Counted from the first letter of the stretch, positions 1 through 16,109 are shown. The stretch: DNA of 64,000 bases from Botryllus schlosseri (GCA_051294905.1 CM119383.1:6262001-6326000); one strand, 5' to 3'. Notes: generated by a model not told the origin, from the sequence alone. Made by a program: numbers and translations.

Positions 1-1205
1 ACAGTTTTACAGTCTTACTTGATAATGTGGCCCGCGTCCAGTCTTCCACGACATCTCACTGCTTGCTTACTACGTCTAGTTATAGTGACTGAGAACATGA
101 ACATCAACAAGACAAAGATGCGTTTCAATCAAACTGATGTCCACGTGCAAGTGCAGCATTTATCAAGGGTTTCTACTGGTGCGGAGCATGGATCGGAGCC
201 GGATTGGATATCCGGCCGGACTTTTTCATTTTTGGCCGGATCAATATCAGAATCATTTTTGATAAGCATGACTTTTGTAACTAAATAACTACGACCACAC
301 GCAAGTAACCGCCAAGCCGGTGCGAAAATAAACGAGCCATATTTATAAATTGTCGGAACCACCGTGTCGTCACGTAGGCCGGAGCATGGACCGGAGCCGG
401 ACCAGAGCATCGAAAAACAGGATCGGAGTCGGACCGAAGAATTTGTCGATCCGCTCCGCACTAGTTTCTGCGTCCAACATGCGGCCAGAGTTCGAAGAAC
501 ATGTTGACAACTTTGATCGACCGCAGATATCCCATTGACTTCAACAGTTACGTTGATAAATTCATTAAATAGAATACTGTTCTTGGTCTCTATGCTTTAA
601 ACTTGAAGTTTGCGTTAAATACGATATATTCCTTGTATAGGTGGGTAAATGCGCGACTAGTGTGTTGCTTCAGCAATCCGTCCCGCCCCCAATTTCTTCA
701 TTTTCCGATATCAGGCCCGCCCGTGAACTAGGCGAAACACCCAGCTTAATATATTTTTGAAAATCGCACCTAGGCATATTTGTAGTGTCATTTTGCGTTA
801 GACGCTAGGATACACCTCGCAATTCCGAAAATAGCAATTAACTGTTAGAAGTATAGGTGACCCCTCGAGACTACCGACTTGGGTGCTTTTTAGAGCTTCA
901 TTTTCAACTTCCACTTGGAGTAGGTATGACGTGTAAATCTAGAGAATACTTCTACTTGTAATCCAGTAAAAATTACGGCGTTTCTTCTACTTATAATCAA
1001 CCAACGCTTTGACCACCTCTGGCTTTCAGGCGAATGGCGACTGATCACTTGTATGACATATGCAGTTATGCACAGTTTGCACACCCCAAAATATCGCCCA
1101 TTTGCGGTACATCTAGCGCGATTTACGAAGACTGCGTGGCTAATTTTATATCAGACAAAGTACAACGCAGGCGTAGACTGAATGTAATCCAAGTCGGCGC
1201 GTGCA

Positions 1206-1215
1206 CCTAAAATGG
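1206..1215 (+). promoter_or_regulatory. CArG box (SRF site) upstream of the actin gene
   Basis: CCTAAAATGG matches CC(A/T)6GG exactly, about 460 bp upstream of the inferred actin TSS. Function inferred from known muscle actin promoters. Confidence 0.5.
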
Positions 1216-1635
1216 AGAAGGCCAGGGTTATTCGAATGCTTAAGTTATCTTGTCATTGTACACCCGCGCGAACACCGTACATGGTCTTGTCAATTCTGTA
1301 CCAAAGCTATCGCGCAGCGGCTGGGGTTCGTCTCGCTTGGAACAATCTTGTCTCGCATCAACCTCAGGATAGTAGCGACGGTTATTCGCAGGCGTGGTTT
1401 TGACGTATCGCAGCTTACATATCCAGTGACAGCCGCACTGCTCCGCGGCACCTTCCAAACATGGAAGCGTGCGGTTGATTCTGAATGGCCATTAGCTCTC
1501 TAGCGAGAAAGTCTCTTGAGAGCATGTTGCTGATGAGGGAAAGTTTGTGTATATTAGAAAGAGCCATCTTGCGGCTGTGGATGAGTAATTTTAGATAAGG
1601 AAAGGAAACAAATAAAGAAGAGCGAACTATCGTGC

Positions 1636-1718
1636 TATATATATGCCGTGTCAGCATCGAAGCCTTCATTCGCTTGAAGATCCCGACCAGGACGCCAGAT
1701 AAGAAGCCGATAGGAAAA
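1636..1718 (+). promoter_or_regulatory. Probable actin core promoter and non-coding exon 1
   Basis: TATATATAT at 1636, Inr-like TCATT with A at 1668 (32 nt downstream), GTAAGT donor at 1719, and acceptor TTTATTCAG ending at 2652, 16 nt before the ATG. This gives a 5'UTR intron 1719-2652. Confidence 0.55.
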
Positions 1719-2353
1719 GTAAGTAATTATCGGATGTAATTGGAATAAGATATTCAGATCGGCTCAGCAGTACTTTATAAAATTTGACTTGAGTTTGTTT
1801 ATGCGCTGCAGGTACAGCGGAAAAAGCAACCGTGATACACAGCATTTACGAAATAATGCAGGCTACTATACCGCTAACTATTAATATAGAGCTTGATTTT
1901 TATCAAATGTGATAGACCTATACCACGCGTTCGCTCTGTCTGAAATCGGTAGCTTTGTAACGTTTGTTGATCACTTGTGTTATAAAGCGTCATGGCAGTT
2001 CCATTTTATCGTGACCTTTTGTAAGGCAAATTCTGGCAGTTTTTATCTGCAATCCCAACTATAATTTGTTTCCAACACCTATCGACTCAAATCGAATGAA
2101 GAACATAAGATTTTTTTCTATGCCGTCGCGTACCGGTATGTTTTCTGACGTAACCTGTCGGAGATGAGTCGAAATCGCCGCAGCATACATGCGAACTTTC
2201 GATCTGTACTTTGTTACGTTATCATAGTTGCGAGCTTTAGAATCAGGGCCAGTCAATGTCCTGCTGAATTCAATAAATAGTTATCGCCAGTCACGATTGT
2301 GCGGCCTGTGTAATAGAGCAGTGCTGAATCCCGTGTAAGACGAACTCGCTCTT

Positions 2354-2555
2354 CCTATTTAGGGGATTTGGTGATTTCATTTTCGTTGTTCACGTCACGG
2401 CGCCTATGTGACTGCGAAACTTTTTCGCCCCTTTCAAATTATCATTCCGGTCACGCTCCTAGCTACAGACTTGGCTAACTCTGGTCCCCTGGGATGGTGA
2501 TACCGGTACTATGATACCACAACAGCTGAGAAATTTCAAAAACGATTTGCAGCTG
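2354..2555 (+). promoter_or_regulatory. Candidate intronic muscle enhancer (CArG plus two E-boxes)
   Basis: CCTATTTAGG (2354-2363, exact CArG) and CAGCTG at 2523-2528 and 2550-2555, inside the inferred first intron of a muscle actin. Confidence 0.5.
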
Positions 2556-2659
2556 CCCTGTCACACAGAGCAGATACGATAACAATTCGTTCATTTCAAT
2601 TCGCTACGGTGCACATAATAGGATACCTGAAAAACTATCTTCATTTATTCAGATTATAA

Positions 2660-4646
<1,987 letters not shown>

Positions 4647-4767
4647 TCTCTTTGCGTTGCGGATGTTTCAATTCTATCCAATATAGTGTTCGCGCTAAAA
4701 TCCTGAGTTTTCTATAAGTTACCTGAATTGGTTTTTTTTCAGTTGTTTGTCACCGATGTTTGCGCAC

Positions 4768-4773
4768 AATAAA
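4768..4773 (+). terminator. Polyadenylation signal of the actin gene
   Basis: AATAAA about 120 nt after the stop codon. Confidence 0.6.
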
Positions 4774-6034
4774 CGAATTTAGACGATGTTTTGAGGGGGC
4801 TGTGTTCCGCGGTAGTTAGTATGCAGAAAGACGAATTGACGGGCTAGTAGCCTTTGAGAGACACAGAAGCACAGAACTGCGATTAGTGATGAAATATCGT
4901 TAGGGTATACGCGTAGATTAAAAACTTCTTTGCAAACACTACGAATAAAGTATAATATCGATTGCGATCAGTACACTCAGTACACACTCAAGGTAGCGAG
5001 AGACGTTGAAAGAGTACGCAAAACAGAACTAGAAGTGAGGCGGGTATTGCCTGGTTTCTGTATGAAATGATTGCTATTTGTAATTGTAACGGTTTCGCAT
5101 GCGATTGTTTCGCGAAAGTCCAACTCCTGATCTGGTCAGTTGTCATTTGTCAACCCTAGAGTATCCATTCGTAGGCCTTTATCTTCATTGCGGATAACGC
5201 CCATAACGGTGAACGTAAACACTATCAAAAATGCAACTCGCGCTGTCTGTGCAAAGGTTCACGAATTAACTTCGTCATCATCTTATCTCTATTACATGTT
5301 TTGTTGATGATATCGAACTAATTTAATATTTCTATACAAACTGAGTTATCTTCTGAGTTGAGTATAAACAATGGCAGAATTAAACAGCAATGTGGATATA
5401 CACTGGCTTTGAATTTATGGTGTGGGTCTGCGATAGCGGCATGTCGATGGCATTCCAATATGTCAGCTGTTATAGCAGACCTGGGCAAAGTGCGGCCCGC
5501 GAGAGGATGCTTGGGATTCAAAACATAAAACCTGCTTTTTGAATGTTGATGCGTGGACTAAAAGCATAGGCTGTATCAACTGGACAGGAAATTCGTTTAC
5601 TTTGAAGCAGTGGCGGCTCGTCCTATAGGGCAACTGGGGCATTGCCCCACCTAAAATTCTGTTCAATAACAATTTAACCATTTATAGACGCACAGCAATC
5701 AGTATATACCGAGATCACGGCGAAACCCGCATTATTCTTGTGCTTTCGCTAACAAATGCCCATACATAGCGAAGTCTCTGCGAAAATCGAATTCTCTTCT
5801 GTGTTTTCGCTTTGTGAATGCCTTGCCGGGGCTTGCCCCGGTAGCGCTCATAACAAGCTTTCACTATCTATTCTCTCAAAGCCGCGCACAATAAAGAAAC
5901 GGTGATTTACTCTCTCCTATTCGTAAAATGGCCGAGCAAGTGGGGCAACTATGCCTGTCGCCCTTAAGGTGTGATGTAACAATCGTATCTATATCTGAAC
6001 TCGGTTACCGTGATATGCGTTGACTCGACCTTTG

Positions 6035-7020
6035 CTGGTATATGTCGATTTTGACGGTGTTTCGCACCATGATAATTCTTGAAACTTGGTACGATATGTC
6101 GTGAAGGTAGTATTTAGCACTGCTCCAAGTTTCAGGCTTGCTACTCAAAGATAAGGGTGGTAATTTCGTTTCCGAAGTTCAGTGTGTGCTGATCTATCAT
6201 GTACATTGTACAGCAAACAGATTTTACTCAAAAGCCGGTATTGGTCTCCATTGATTTTGACGATGTTCCATACCGAGATCGGTCATGATATTTGGCACAG
6301 TAAGTCTTAATGTTAGTATCGACCGCTGTAATAAGTTTTAAATTTGTCACTGAACTATGTGGGTGGTAATTTCGTTTCCAAAGTCGAGTGAGAGCTGACT
6401 CTTCATTTATCGCTAACAGATTTACGCAAAACCGTTATTGGTCTCTATTGATTTTAACGATGTTCCATACCTAGATCTGTCATGAGCTTTTGCACGGTAT
6501 GTCTTGATTTTAGTATCGAACGCGGTGCCAAGTCTTAAAGTTGACGCTCAATGATTGAGGCAGTTATTTCGTTTTCGAGGTCCAGTATGGTAGAGATGCG
6601 CGCTGATCTGATACTTAGCCTACCTACATCATTGCGGATCTCACGGAAAAGCCGGTGTCTGTCTGTGCTAATCTAGTCTGCGTTCCATAACGAGATCGGT
6701 GATGATATTTCCAATGGTATATCTCGATGATCGCATGAAACAGCTAACTAAGATTCTCGGTTTGCATTCAAATATTCACATAATTTTATGTTCGCCAATG
6801 TGCATTTCACTGTGAAATTGTGGCCTTCAAACCATTTGCTTACAATCCCCTGTCAAATGCGATAGCTATTTCATTTTCGATGTCGGGTAACAGCTGATCA
6901 TTCGATCAGCCTATTCCTCGATCTATTTTACTCAAAGTTCGGTGTTCGTCTGTTTGTATTGATTTTGACAGTGTACCATGCCGGAATGGGTTATGAGATT
7001 GCGAATGCTACTTCTCGATG
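6035..7020. repeat. Diverged tandem repeat, about 5 units of 200-290 bp
   Basis: Recurrent core resembling CCGGTATTGGTCT..ATTGATTTTGACGATGTTCCATACCGAGATCGGTCATGA near 6040, 6233, 6431, 6651 and 6940. Confidence 0.7.
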
Positions 7021-8204
7021 ATTTCATGTAACAGTATGCTAAGTTTACGGCTTTCATTCATGTATTTATTGATTAAATATATTTTCCAACGGCGATTTGG
7101 CAGCAGACAGTAAGCCGTATGTGTTGCGTCACAATCTCCAGTTTCAAGGCCAAAATGTACTATGTTGTTCCGAGACCGAAGTTCCGAGGCTGCTGTCCTT
7201 AGTTCTTCAAAGACCATTCAAATTGATGTTCTGGATTCAATATGACAGGCCCAATCTATGAGATAACAATTGCGTATGTGTCCGATGTCGTTGACCTTTG
7301 CAGTTAGGCTTACGCAATCTCTCGAGTTCTAGTCATTGGAATTAGTCTGGTCAAGTCAAGTGCGAACATGAATCGTATTGAATCTTTGCTCCGTACGTAG
7401 GCTAGTTTACGCAGTTGCCTTTAGAGCGAAAATTAAAGGTCTAGAAGACTACTCCTTGTCGCTTCGACATATTCCTGTCTTTTCATTGTGTCGCATTTTT
7501 GTGGTGTATTGAACTGATAAAATTGCTAATAAACCAATGATGATGATGATAGAAATTGTCCAGTCCATTGATCCAATCGTACGCCGGGTACCTCCGCTTT
7601 GGTTGCCTATCACCTGGTCGTAACTCGTAACCACCAGCTCAGTGGTCGTAACACACCAGGATCGTGTACGAAACACTTTCGGACGGCCTATCGATTTGCG
7701 TAATATCTAACTCTACCATGAAATCATAACGCATGCTACTAAGGATGACCTGATAATTGATTCGTGGCATAGGGACGATTCTTAGTTCACGTACATTATG
7801 TAAAATAATCCTTTGATTAAAAAAAAATGAATAAAACATTTGTTACCACACTTCAAGTCACGGCTCACCGGCAAACCTCTCGCGGCACCTACGTTAAAAT
7901 CACTGTTGTCGGGAAATTCATGTGACCATCATATTAAAGTTACTTTTTTACGTTGGAAAACGCCATTGTGACGTCATGTTGATAAAAGTCGCTCGCAGCC
8001 CTTGCCCCACCACCCGATATTGTCACGAGCCGCCACTGCTTTGAAGCCTGTTAACTAATACGCCAGGATTACGCTGCCTACGTACCTCGCATGCGTAATC
8101 CAGATTCAAAATAAAGTCCATGTAGCAAAGTATGAGTAGCAATTAATGTCGCAAGAAATCACTCCTTCCGTATAGTTTATAGTTCGCACCTTGTTTGTTG
8201 CCAT

Positions 8205-10638
8205 CAGACATGGGGTGATTACTTCATGATTGTAATCGATTGCGATTACGATTACTTCTGAATGACGCGATTACGATTACGATTACAGCAAAATCAGGAA
8301 GTAGTCGATTACGATTACATTGGAAAAGTAATCACGATTACTCACGATTACATTTAATTTGCATCTTGGAAGCTATGTTGGAAAACAATATATGGATTGT
8401 TGGTTACGTCATAATGTACCCATTGCCGATTTTTATAGAGTTCAATTTATCGCACCCAATGATTTGCATTCTTGCCAGGGCCATAATTGCCGCACCTCAA
8501 ATTTCCCAATAGGGTGGGGAGTGAGCTCGAAGGGGGCTCAAAAAGTATTTCGTAAAGCAACATAAGTTATAGAGTATTTTCGAGAGATCTAAATAACTTG
8601 AAAATCCTCTCTAGATCAGTGATTCCCAACCGCGGCTCCCATTGACGTTGGAAAATCCAACAAAAATATTATAAAATCAATTTAGAACAAATAAAAAAAT
8701 TGATATTAAATAATTACACTTGCTTGGCTTAGAATCTGGAGTTTATAATCAAGGGTGGAGACCAATTCCTTTGCTGTCGAGTAGCGATTCTCTACTCAGC
8801 AACGATTTCGTTACTGAACTCACGTCAAAAAGTATGCTTACAGTCAAATGCGTTTGGATCGTCACTCAAATTTAAGTGTGCTCATCATCAGACTTAATTA
8901 GGTGCAGGTGGTGTTCCAACCCGTTTTACAACGCTATCTGACCATCAAACCAATGGATCATTTGACTTGATTGTTAAGTTGAACGGCCGCATTGACGGAA
9001 TGAATGTTTTTTTCCCCATGATGAAAATATTTTCATGTCCTAATGCAGTTAATGTGGCCACTGACCACGGTAATTTACAATTTGAGTTGCTACACATACA
9101 TTCAGATATAAAAGACATGACAATTTGTTTGTGCGTCTCACGAAAGTTTTTCTTCTAGTCTGCTACGCTTGAGCCGCTACAATATCGTTTGATTATATAA
9201 CAAATTATATACCTCACGAATTAACAACATACACTAAAGTAATTATAACAAAATACCAGAGGTTATAATTATGAATTACGTGCCCCCAGCTCTACATGTA
9301 GGTAATTGTGTGTCGAGATAGCGCAGTGGTATAATCCACGGCTACAATGCCATTGGGTTTCGGGTTCGAGTCCGACCGAGGTCGACTTCAGAATTCCTTT
9401 CTAAGTGTTGGAGGTTTATCTAGGCTTCTCGTCGCCGCCTCATCCGCGTAAGCGGTGTCTTACAATAAGCCTAGAAGTGGACCGTGCTACAATTCGGCAG
9501 ATACGGAATCAAAAATGCAGAAAATCGCCTGGTGTAACTGACCGTTGTAGTCGACAAACACCAAGATTACCTCAAACAAACAAACTCTACAGGATCTGAC
9601 CATCGGGAGCTGAGAGAGGATTAAAAACAAAAGTAATATAATGCAATTTTCGACGAAATTCAGTCTTCAACTTGCGATTACCACCCTATAGGGGACGTCT
9701 TGCTGTTTTGGTCCTGATTCCGCTGCAACCCATGCTAAGATGATATATAAGCATCATGATATATAAGCCCATGGCCATGGCGGCAGGTCCCAATGTTGAG
9801 TAGAGAATTGTGAAATACCGGTTGGCGCCCTTTCAAGTAGAGTCTCATGAGAATAAGACGAAGCGAACATAAAAAATTCTGCCTTCAACTTAATACAGAT
9901 ATTGTACTGCAAGCGGCTGTTACGAGAAACGGCAAACACGGCTCGGTTTTGATATATATATATATATCACCAGCTGTTGATTTTTACTGCTTCGTTGTGG
10001 AAATCGCCATGTTTTATTTGACGAGTACAAAATTTCAAATCTTTGTCCGGTGTACGTACAGGTACGTACTATAGATAGGCCTACTGCTCGCCAAGCAGCT
10101 ACGGTCAAATTGCGTTTAACTAAGCATAAGCATAACCAAACATCAACCATAAGTTACTATTTGAAACTAGGCATAGCGGAGATAAATTATACTGCTGCGA
10201 GGTAGTGGCGTGTGGAACGTGTTGATGACCTGATATACAGCACGGCGGGTGTTCTTACAATGACACTAATGTACGACGTACGTACACCGAATATCTATTT
10301 AGTGTGGATACTTCTTACACAATGACGTGCAAAGCTAATAGGCTGTTTCTGACGTAATAATGAGCTGTGGCGTATGAAAATCAGACGTTTGTGCTGTCGC
10401 GAGCCTGGTATAATATCTCTTCCTTGTTCACGAATGTTCAGTTTATGTCATAGTCCTTGCAAAAATAAAAAGTAATCGTTCTTTCACAAAGAAATCGATT
10501 ATATATGGGAAGTAGTCGATTACGATTACGATTAATTCGGAATTTTTTCGAATGTAATCGATTGCGATTACGATTACTTGAAAATGCTGTAATCGTCGTA
10601 ATCGATTACGATTACTAATCGCGATTACCCCATGTCTG
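8205..10638. mobile_element. Non-autonomous hAT-type DNA transposon with GATTAC subterminal repeats
   Basis: TIR CAGACATGGGG / CCCCATGTCTG, exact 8-bp TSD GTTGCCAT (8197-8204 and 10639-10646), GATTAC arrays at both ends, nested SINE inside, no transposase ORF. Confidence 0.85.
9312..9570 (+). mobile_element. tRNA-derived SINE, near full length
   Basis: Head with box A TAGCGCAGTGG and box B GGTTCGAGTCC. Body (CTAGAAGTGGACCGTGCTA...CCTGGTGTAA...GTCGACAAACACCA) recurs at 39039-39265 (-), 42247-42378 (+), 42681-42722 (-) and 45520-45598 (+). Confidence 0.8.
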
Positions 10639-11067
10639 GTTGCCATTGTCACATTACGTATTATACAGTCTGTGTTTCAAATTGTTACGTGATACGTTTC
10701 CAAATCCCTAATTCGTAAAACAAGTCAATCAGTGCTCGCGATTATAGGCTCATCATATCTATCACCCATAAAGGATGAACGGGCATGTCAGAAAAGGAAG
10801 CCGAAAGCTGAATTTCAAAGAAGGTTTAAAGCACTAAATATTTGTATACTGGAGTCAGAGGTAAACCTTTTAGCCTGTACCGAGCATGTTGCCGAGATTT
10901 AGTATTTTAATTAAAGTAGTTCTTATGACAAAACACGAAGACAGACACTCGGTCAATGGAAAGCGAATGTCAGAAAACATCATGGCTATTTAAGCTGCAC
11001 ACTGCTCGAAAGGCAGCGACCAATACAATAAACTTTGTAGGCCTACTATCCCAAATACATTTCAGCG

Positions 11068-11376
11068 CAGTGGTTCTCGAACCGGGGAGCGTGAAAGCAT
11101 GTGAAGGGGCCGCGAAGCCGAGGTTAAATGAATTTTTTTCGCGCTATGCGTGATTTACACTCCAGCTCATAGTTATTGCTCTGTGTATTGTCCAACTTTG
11201 ATATTTCAGAATTCTCTTAGCAACAGCCATCACCTTCCATGCCATCAAACTACCTGTTGGGATTTGCTAGCATTCTGGTTGCTCTTTTTAATATTTTGTG
11301 ATATCATGATAAGAGGGCGAGGAATTTCTCACTATCATAAAGAGGGGCGTGCCTAAAAAAGTTTTGAGAACCACTG
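11068..11376. mobile_element. hAT-type MITE (CAGTGGTTCTC ends)
   Basis: TIR CAGTGGTTCTC / GAGAACCACTG, decayed TSD TTTCAGCG / TTTTAGTG (6/8). A related copy lies at 46517-47462. Confidence 0.75.
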
Positions 11377-11946
11377 TTTTAGTGTCTCAATAGTAGAACC
11401 TGGATACGGGTTTAAAGAGAGTTGAAAATGTATCATGTTTAACATTGTTTCGAATCATGGCGGAAAATAGATATTTTTAATTAGCAGTCAGTTTCTCATA
11501 ACCTAACATCAACACATTCACTGAGCAGCACTTATTAACAATGTAATTTAGAAATATAATTAAACTACGCTGCAGAATATAGCTAAAAAAATTCACTCGG
11601 CCCGCCAACGTATTTTCTACTTCTCATTTGACCCGCGGAGAAAAACAATTGCCCACCCCTGTGCTATATAGGGTACTAGTCTATTGCCTCAAATCAAGCT
11701 TCAATATTACTGTGGGGTGTAAGCTCAAAGCTTTTGATCTCGCGCCTGATTCGTAATCTGTGTGCTCGGCCAGATCCAACCTAGGAGCCGTATTGTTAAG
11801 GGTAATATGTATAGCCCGGCATTAACAGCAAACTGCACAAGTGCGAATCCATGATTATAGATGGGATTATGGAGTCATTCCGTTGTTATGCGTTTAACGA
11901 GGCTCAGGGTTTAAGAGCATACCGACAGGGTAGTGGACGCCACCTG

Positions 11947-13147
11947 CAAAGGTGGTCGAAAGTAGCCATCATTGGTACTCAAGTAAATTCAATGCCATAA
12001 ATTTTATTGCAGTTTTGCATCAAAAACTGTGAAGTTGAATTGTAGGTATAGTCTGAAAACGTTATCCCTTGAGTAAGTAGGGAAAGTAGCCAAATGTACT
12101 GGAGTTCGCCGAAGAAGTCGAAGCGGGTTCATTCGATACTGACCAGTGACCACCTCTTACTAACCAGGAAACCTTTTGTATTCCTTTCTTCACCGATTAT
12201 TATAGTTAATCCGGTTACACATTATCGGAGGTGGTCAAAGTAGTCGAAAACGCCTCTCAAGCAGAATTAGCGAGGCAAAATTCTACTCAAGTACAAGTAG
12301 AAGGTTTGCTTTTAGAAGCTGTCTAAAGTTATTTCAAGTAGAACTAGAATTATCTCCATTCTGGAAAATTACTCAGGTATAACTAATGAAAAAGCAGTCA
12401 CTGATACGCTCTCGTGGACGGTAAAAAGCTGGAAACTGACATATGTGGAGTTGGATTCGTGCTGCTGTATTCTAGGAAGTATAAATTTACAACAGTATAA
12501 CAATCCGACCACAATGTGTGATGGAAATCATAATCTTGCTCTGGAATAGCGGTTCTTGTCTTTTTTGCCTCGGCGCTCCTTTCCAGAAAATGTCATTGCG
12601 TGGTGCCATCTCCGTATTATATGGCATGTACTCAAGACAATGCGCGATACGGAGAAGTTGTATCGCTTTGCATGAACAGGAAGTTAACAAAAATATGGTA
12701 TAGCGTAAAATACGCTCTACTCAGCCTTTACTTTTGCTTCCGGAAAATAGAGGGCAGTGCTATACTTAGTTTTTAAATTCAGCATACACGTCCTCCAAAC
12801 AAAGCGAACTTCACCGACCAACCCCAACCTCACTCATATGTATTATATTATATGCTATGTATCTTGGACGATGAAGGTCTTATAAGTTAGCTACAATCTA
12901 GATCTGAACGCAAGGATGATCACATGACCGAGACGAAACGGGTCGATGAGAACATTTCTCCGTGGAAGAAGCCCCTAAATTGGATTCAGTCTCTCTCATT
13001 GAAAAAACATAATACTTCTACACAAACTGTAAATAGCGAAGAGTAAGTAAGGCACAAATATGAAGAAGTAGTAAGTGCTGCAAGTAGAGGAAAACTACTT
13101 GATTACTCCCGAAAAGTAGTGCTGCGTTACTGACCTGACCACCTCTG
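11947..13147. mobile_element. Decayed copies of the CAGAGGTGGTCA-ended MITE family
   Basis: Terminal motifs (C)A/GGAGGTGGTC and TGACCACCTCT at 11947, about 12150, 12226 and 13147, with AAGTA/TACT-rich interiors. Same family as 40702-41191 and about 63455-63938. No matching TSDs found. Confidence 0.55.
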
Positions 13148-14646
13148 CGTATAACATACGATTTTTCGAATAGATATTTTACGTTAGTACAAACGTCAAC
13201 GAGACAGCGTAAATGCAACATCTAAATGACAGTGTTTTTAGTTATAAGACGCCATATGTTTGTTCGGTATGTTGTTTTCCAATATGAATTTCGAGCAGCT
13301 ATTTTGTTCCGACCGCGTGGTGGTGACAGAGAAAGATTTCATGAGCTCATATCCGCTGCACAGTATTTCAATGTGGTCGTTTTATTGCGAAAAACTCCAA
13401 ACATTACCATTCATAGTAAAGAGGGATTCCTATCGTGACATAGAATACCCATCGCATATGACACGAACTTATACAGAAATTCCACCCATGCGACCATCAC
13501 TCCATCAGAATGGTCAGAGTTGAGCTGTATATTTAGAAAGTAAATTTAAACTTTGAAGTAGAGGCCTAATCTTTTGCGCGAAGCGCAATTTGTAAAGTAA
13601 AACCAATATACGTACATATACTCTACAATGCTAATTCAGGTATATTATAGATTTTCTAAAAAGTATAGAAGTATGAATGGCAAATACTATATGTGTTGTG
13701 TTTGAATTATCAAGTCAATAGTAATGCGCAAAAAATAACGAGATCGATTGATTACTTTAGTGTTGACTACAATATAACGATGGTAAGATGTCGCTTATTT
13801 TATTGGAATGTTTTGATTCAAAATTTGCCTCTCATCTAAGCTAACGAATTTTCAACCACTACTGAATGTTTTATAACTACCCATGCAAATAAATAAGTGA
13901 AGGATGTCGTATGTAAATTATCGGAATCGCATCACGTTCGTAAAACGGTATTATCTTATTAGCGCAGGTGCCCGACTGTATCAAATTAACACAGTTCCTG
14001 GTCTAAATGCAATTGAAGATGCTTGTTTGCGGATAAACATCGTACGGGTGGTCCGTTTATAGACCTATCGTAATTGCACAATACACAGCAGACTATTGCC
14101 GCGCTATACCGCATAGGACGGTATTTTCACGCAATGCAAATATCTTTGAACCGCGAATCCGAGATTTTCAGAAAATCAAGCAGGCGGAGCAAATGGCTAT
14201 ACGTCATTCGTGAGATTTGAATTTGAACATACTCACTGTTTTCACTTATACAGCGGAACTGCACTTTTCGATATTTTAATCTCTCAGATTGCATGCATCG
14301 CGCAGTAGCGTTGCTAAATAAATTACGCCGTTACCGATAGAAGTACTGGGCCGTATATTTCCTCGCGCGCGTTTCTGTATACATAATAAGAAGAAACCTT
14401 AACCGCACCCATAAGCCTAATAATAACTTTCGTTCGGCTCAAATTATATAATGCAAGTTATTCGTACAGAATTAAAAGCGAGCTGAAATATTCAAACAGT
14501 TAATTTCTCGCATATTTATATCGCGAGTCGCGGCATAGGCTGGCTTCCCTTGTATTTCCCAAAACGACGAGTTTGAAATTCGTATGATTGCTTTACCAGA
14601 ACGATGCAGCTGAAGTTCACACTTAGGCAGTGTGTGATCTGCTATC

Positions 14647-16109
14647 CAGGGGTCGGGAACCTTTTTCGTCTGAAGAGCCATATTGGCTCGATATTTTCCA
14701 TTTTAACCCCCAAAGAGCCGTATATGTCAATCCACTCTTACGTCACAATGGAACTTTTGTGGCTTTATCATAGCATAAATTCGAACTCACTATACAAATA
14801 CATCGGCTTCGTAGTGTGCGTCACATTTCTCTGTAAAAACTTGTACTAATCATGCTGGTTGCCTTATTTGGTAATTTGAGCATGCGAAACTTGAGTTACA
14901 TAGATCTTTTGCAAGTTACATCTTTTTAATTGTATTACAGTGAGAGTCCTATGATATTTTTTCGAAACTGAAGACAATTACCATTTACAACAGATGTAAA
15001 CAACAGTAAAACTGTGAATGAACTTTCGTCAGTTATACGAGATCGTAGGCTCGTCTTGATGCTCCTTTTTAATATGAGGCCCCATGATCACATGCGTAAG
15101 TGGAGCCAAACATGGTCACCACAGCAGTACATGCTCACTTTAAAGTGTGATACGTCAGTGACGTGGGGTCAGAGAAGGCAAGTGAGGAAGTGCACCTGTC
15201 GTCGGGATGAGTGAACGAAAATTGTGCAATCTATAATGAATAGTGGTATTTTCTATCGATGTCTATGAATGACTAGATTTTGAACATTTTTACTCCCATA
15301 ATCACGTAATTTGCATATTTATTGTTCAAAAATAAAGCGCGAAAGGAGATGTATAAGGCACATGTGAGGCTCGCACGGGTCACATAGGTGAGGCCACGTA
15401 TCAAACCTCACCCATGATAGCGCAATTCATCACAAATAGCTTAAAATATATATTTATCGAATGAAACTGTCGCACTGATTCTGAAAATCTAAATATTGAT
15501 AGACTTCTCAATTTTCAAAGTATTCGTAGGTAAAATAACGTTGCGCAACACGCCTACATTTTAACGCCGGTGACTAATCAAGAACGTCGACATAGACAGC
15601 TATGGCGTTGTTGGTAATACGAATTTGTAATTGTGAATGTCACCTCCGCGGCATTCCATTTCTCGCCGTTGATCAGGAAGACAATGTGTATTGGAAAACT
15701 GCATTGCTATACATGGGTCGCGATGTCTGCTATTCTATTTGATCATTTGATTATCGAATGTAAACATGTTAACATTCGATAATTTGATCAATCAACGAAT
15801 CGTGCAATCCGAGATTTTGATGCGCGCGATGTCGGGTGGATCGAGCTCGAAAGTAATATCTGTCGCCTGCGCGAAAGCATCTTGAATTTTAGGATTTTGA
15901 AAAGGGCGCCCGGGCCCCTAATACTGTATACGCCACTGTATTGACCTCTCAAAGTAATTTTTATACAGCTACGAGAATAATTCTGGCCCTAATGAAAATT
16001 TACTAACAAGATGCTGCATATTGATAAATTAAGTACAAAAATAAATATTTGGAAAAGAGCCACCCAAAAGAGTCATACATGGCTCGCGACCATAGGTTCC
16101 CGACCACTG
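14647..16109. mobile_element. hAT-type MITE with nested repeat fragments
   Basis: TIR CAGGGGTCGGGAACC / GGTTCCCGACCACTG, partial TSD TGCTAT on both flanks. Confidence 0.7.

Noticed and set aside
19-461. ORFs of 89 and 110 aa at the window start
   Set aside because: Largely produced by CCGGA/GGATCGGAGCCGGA repeats also seen at 47820-47895; no recognisable protein.
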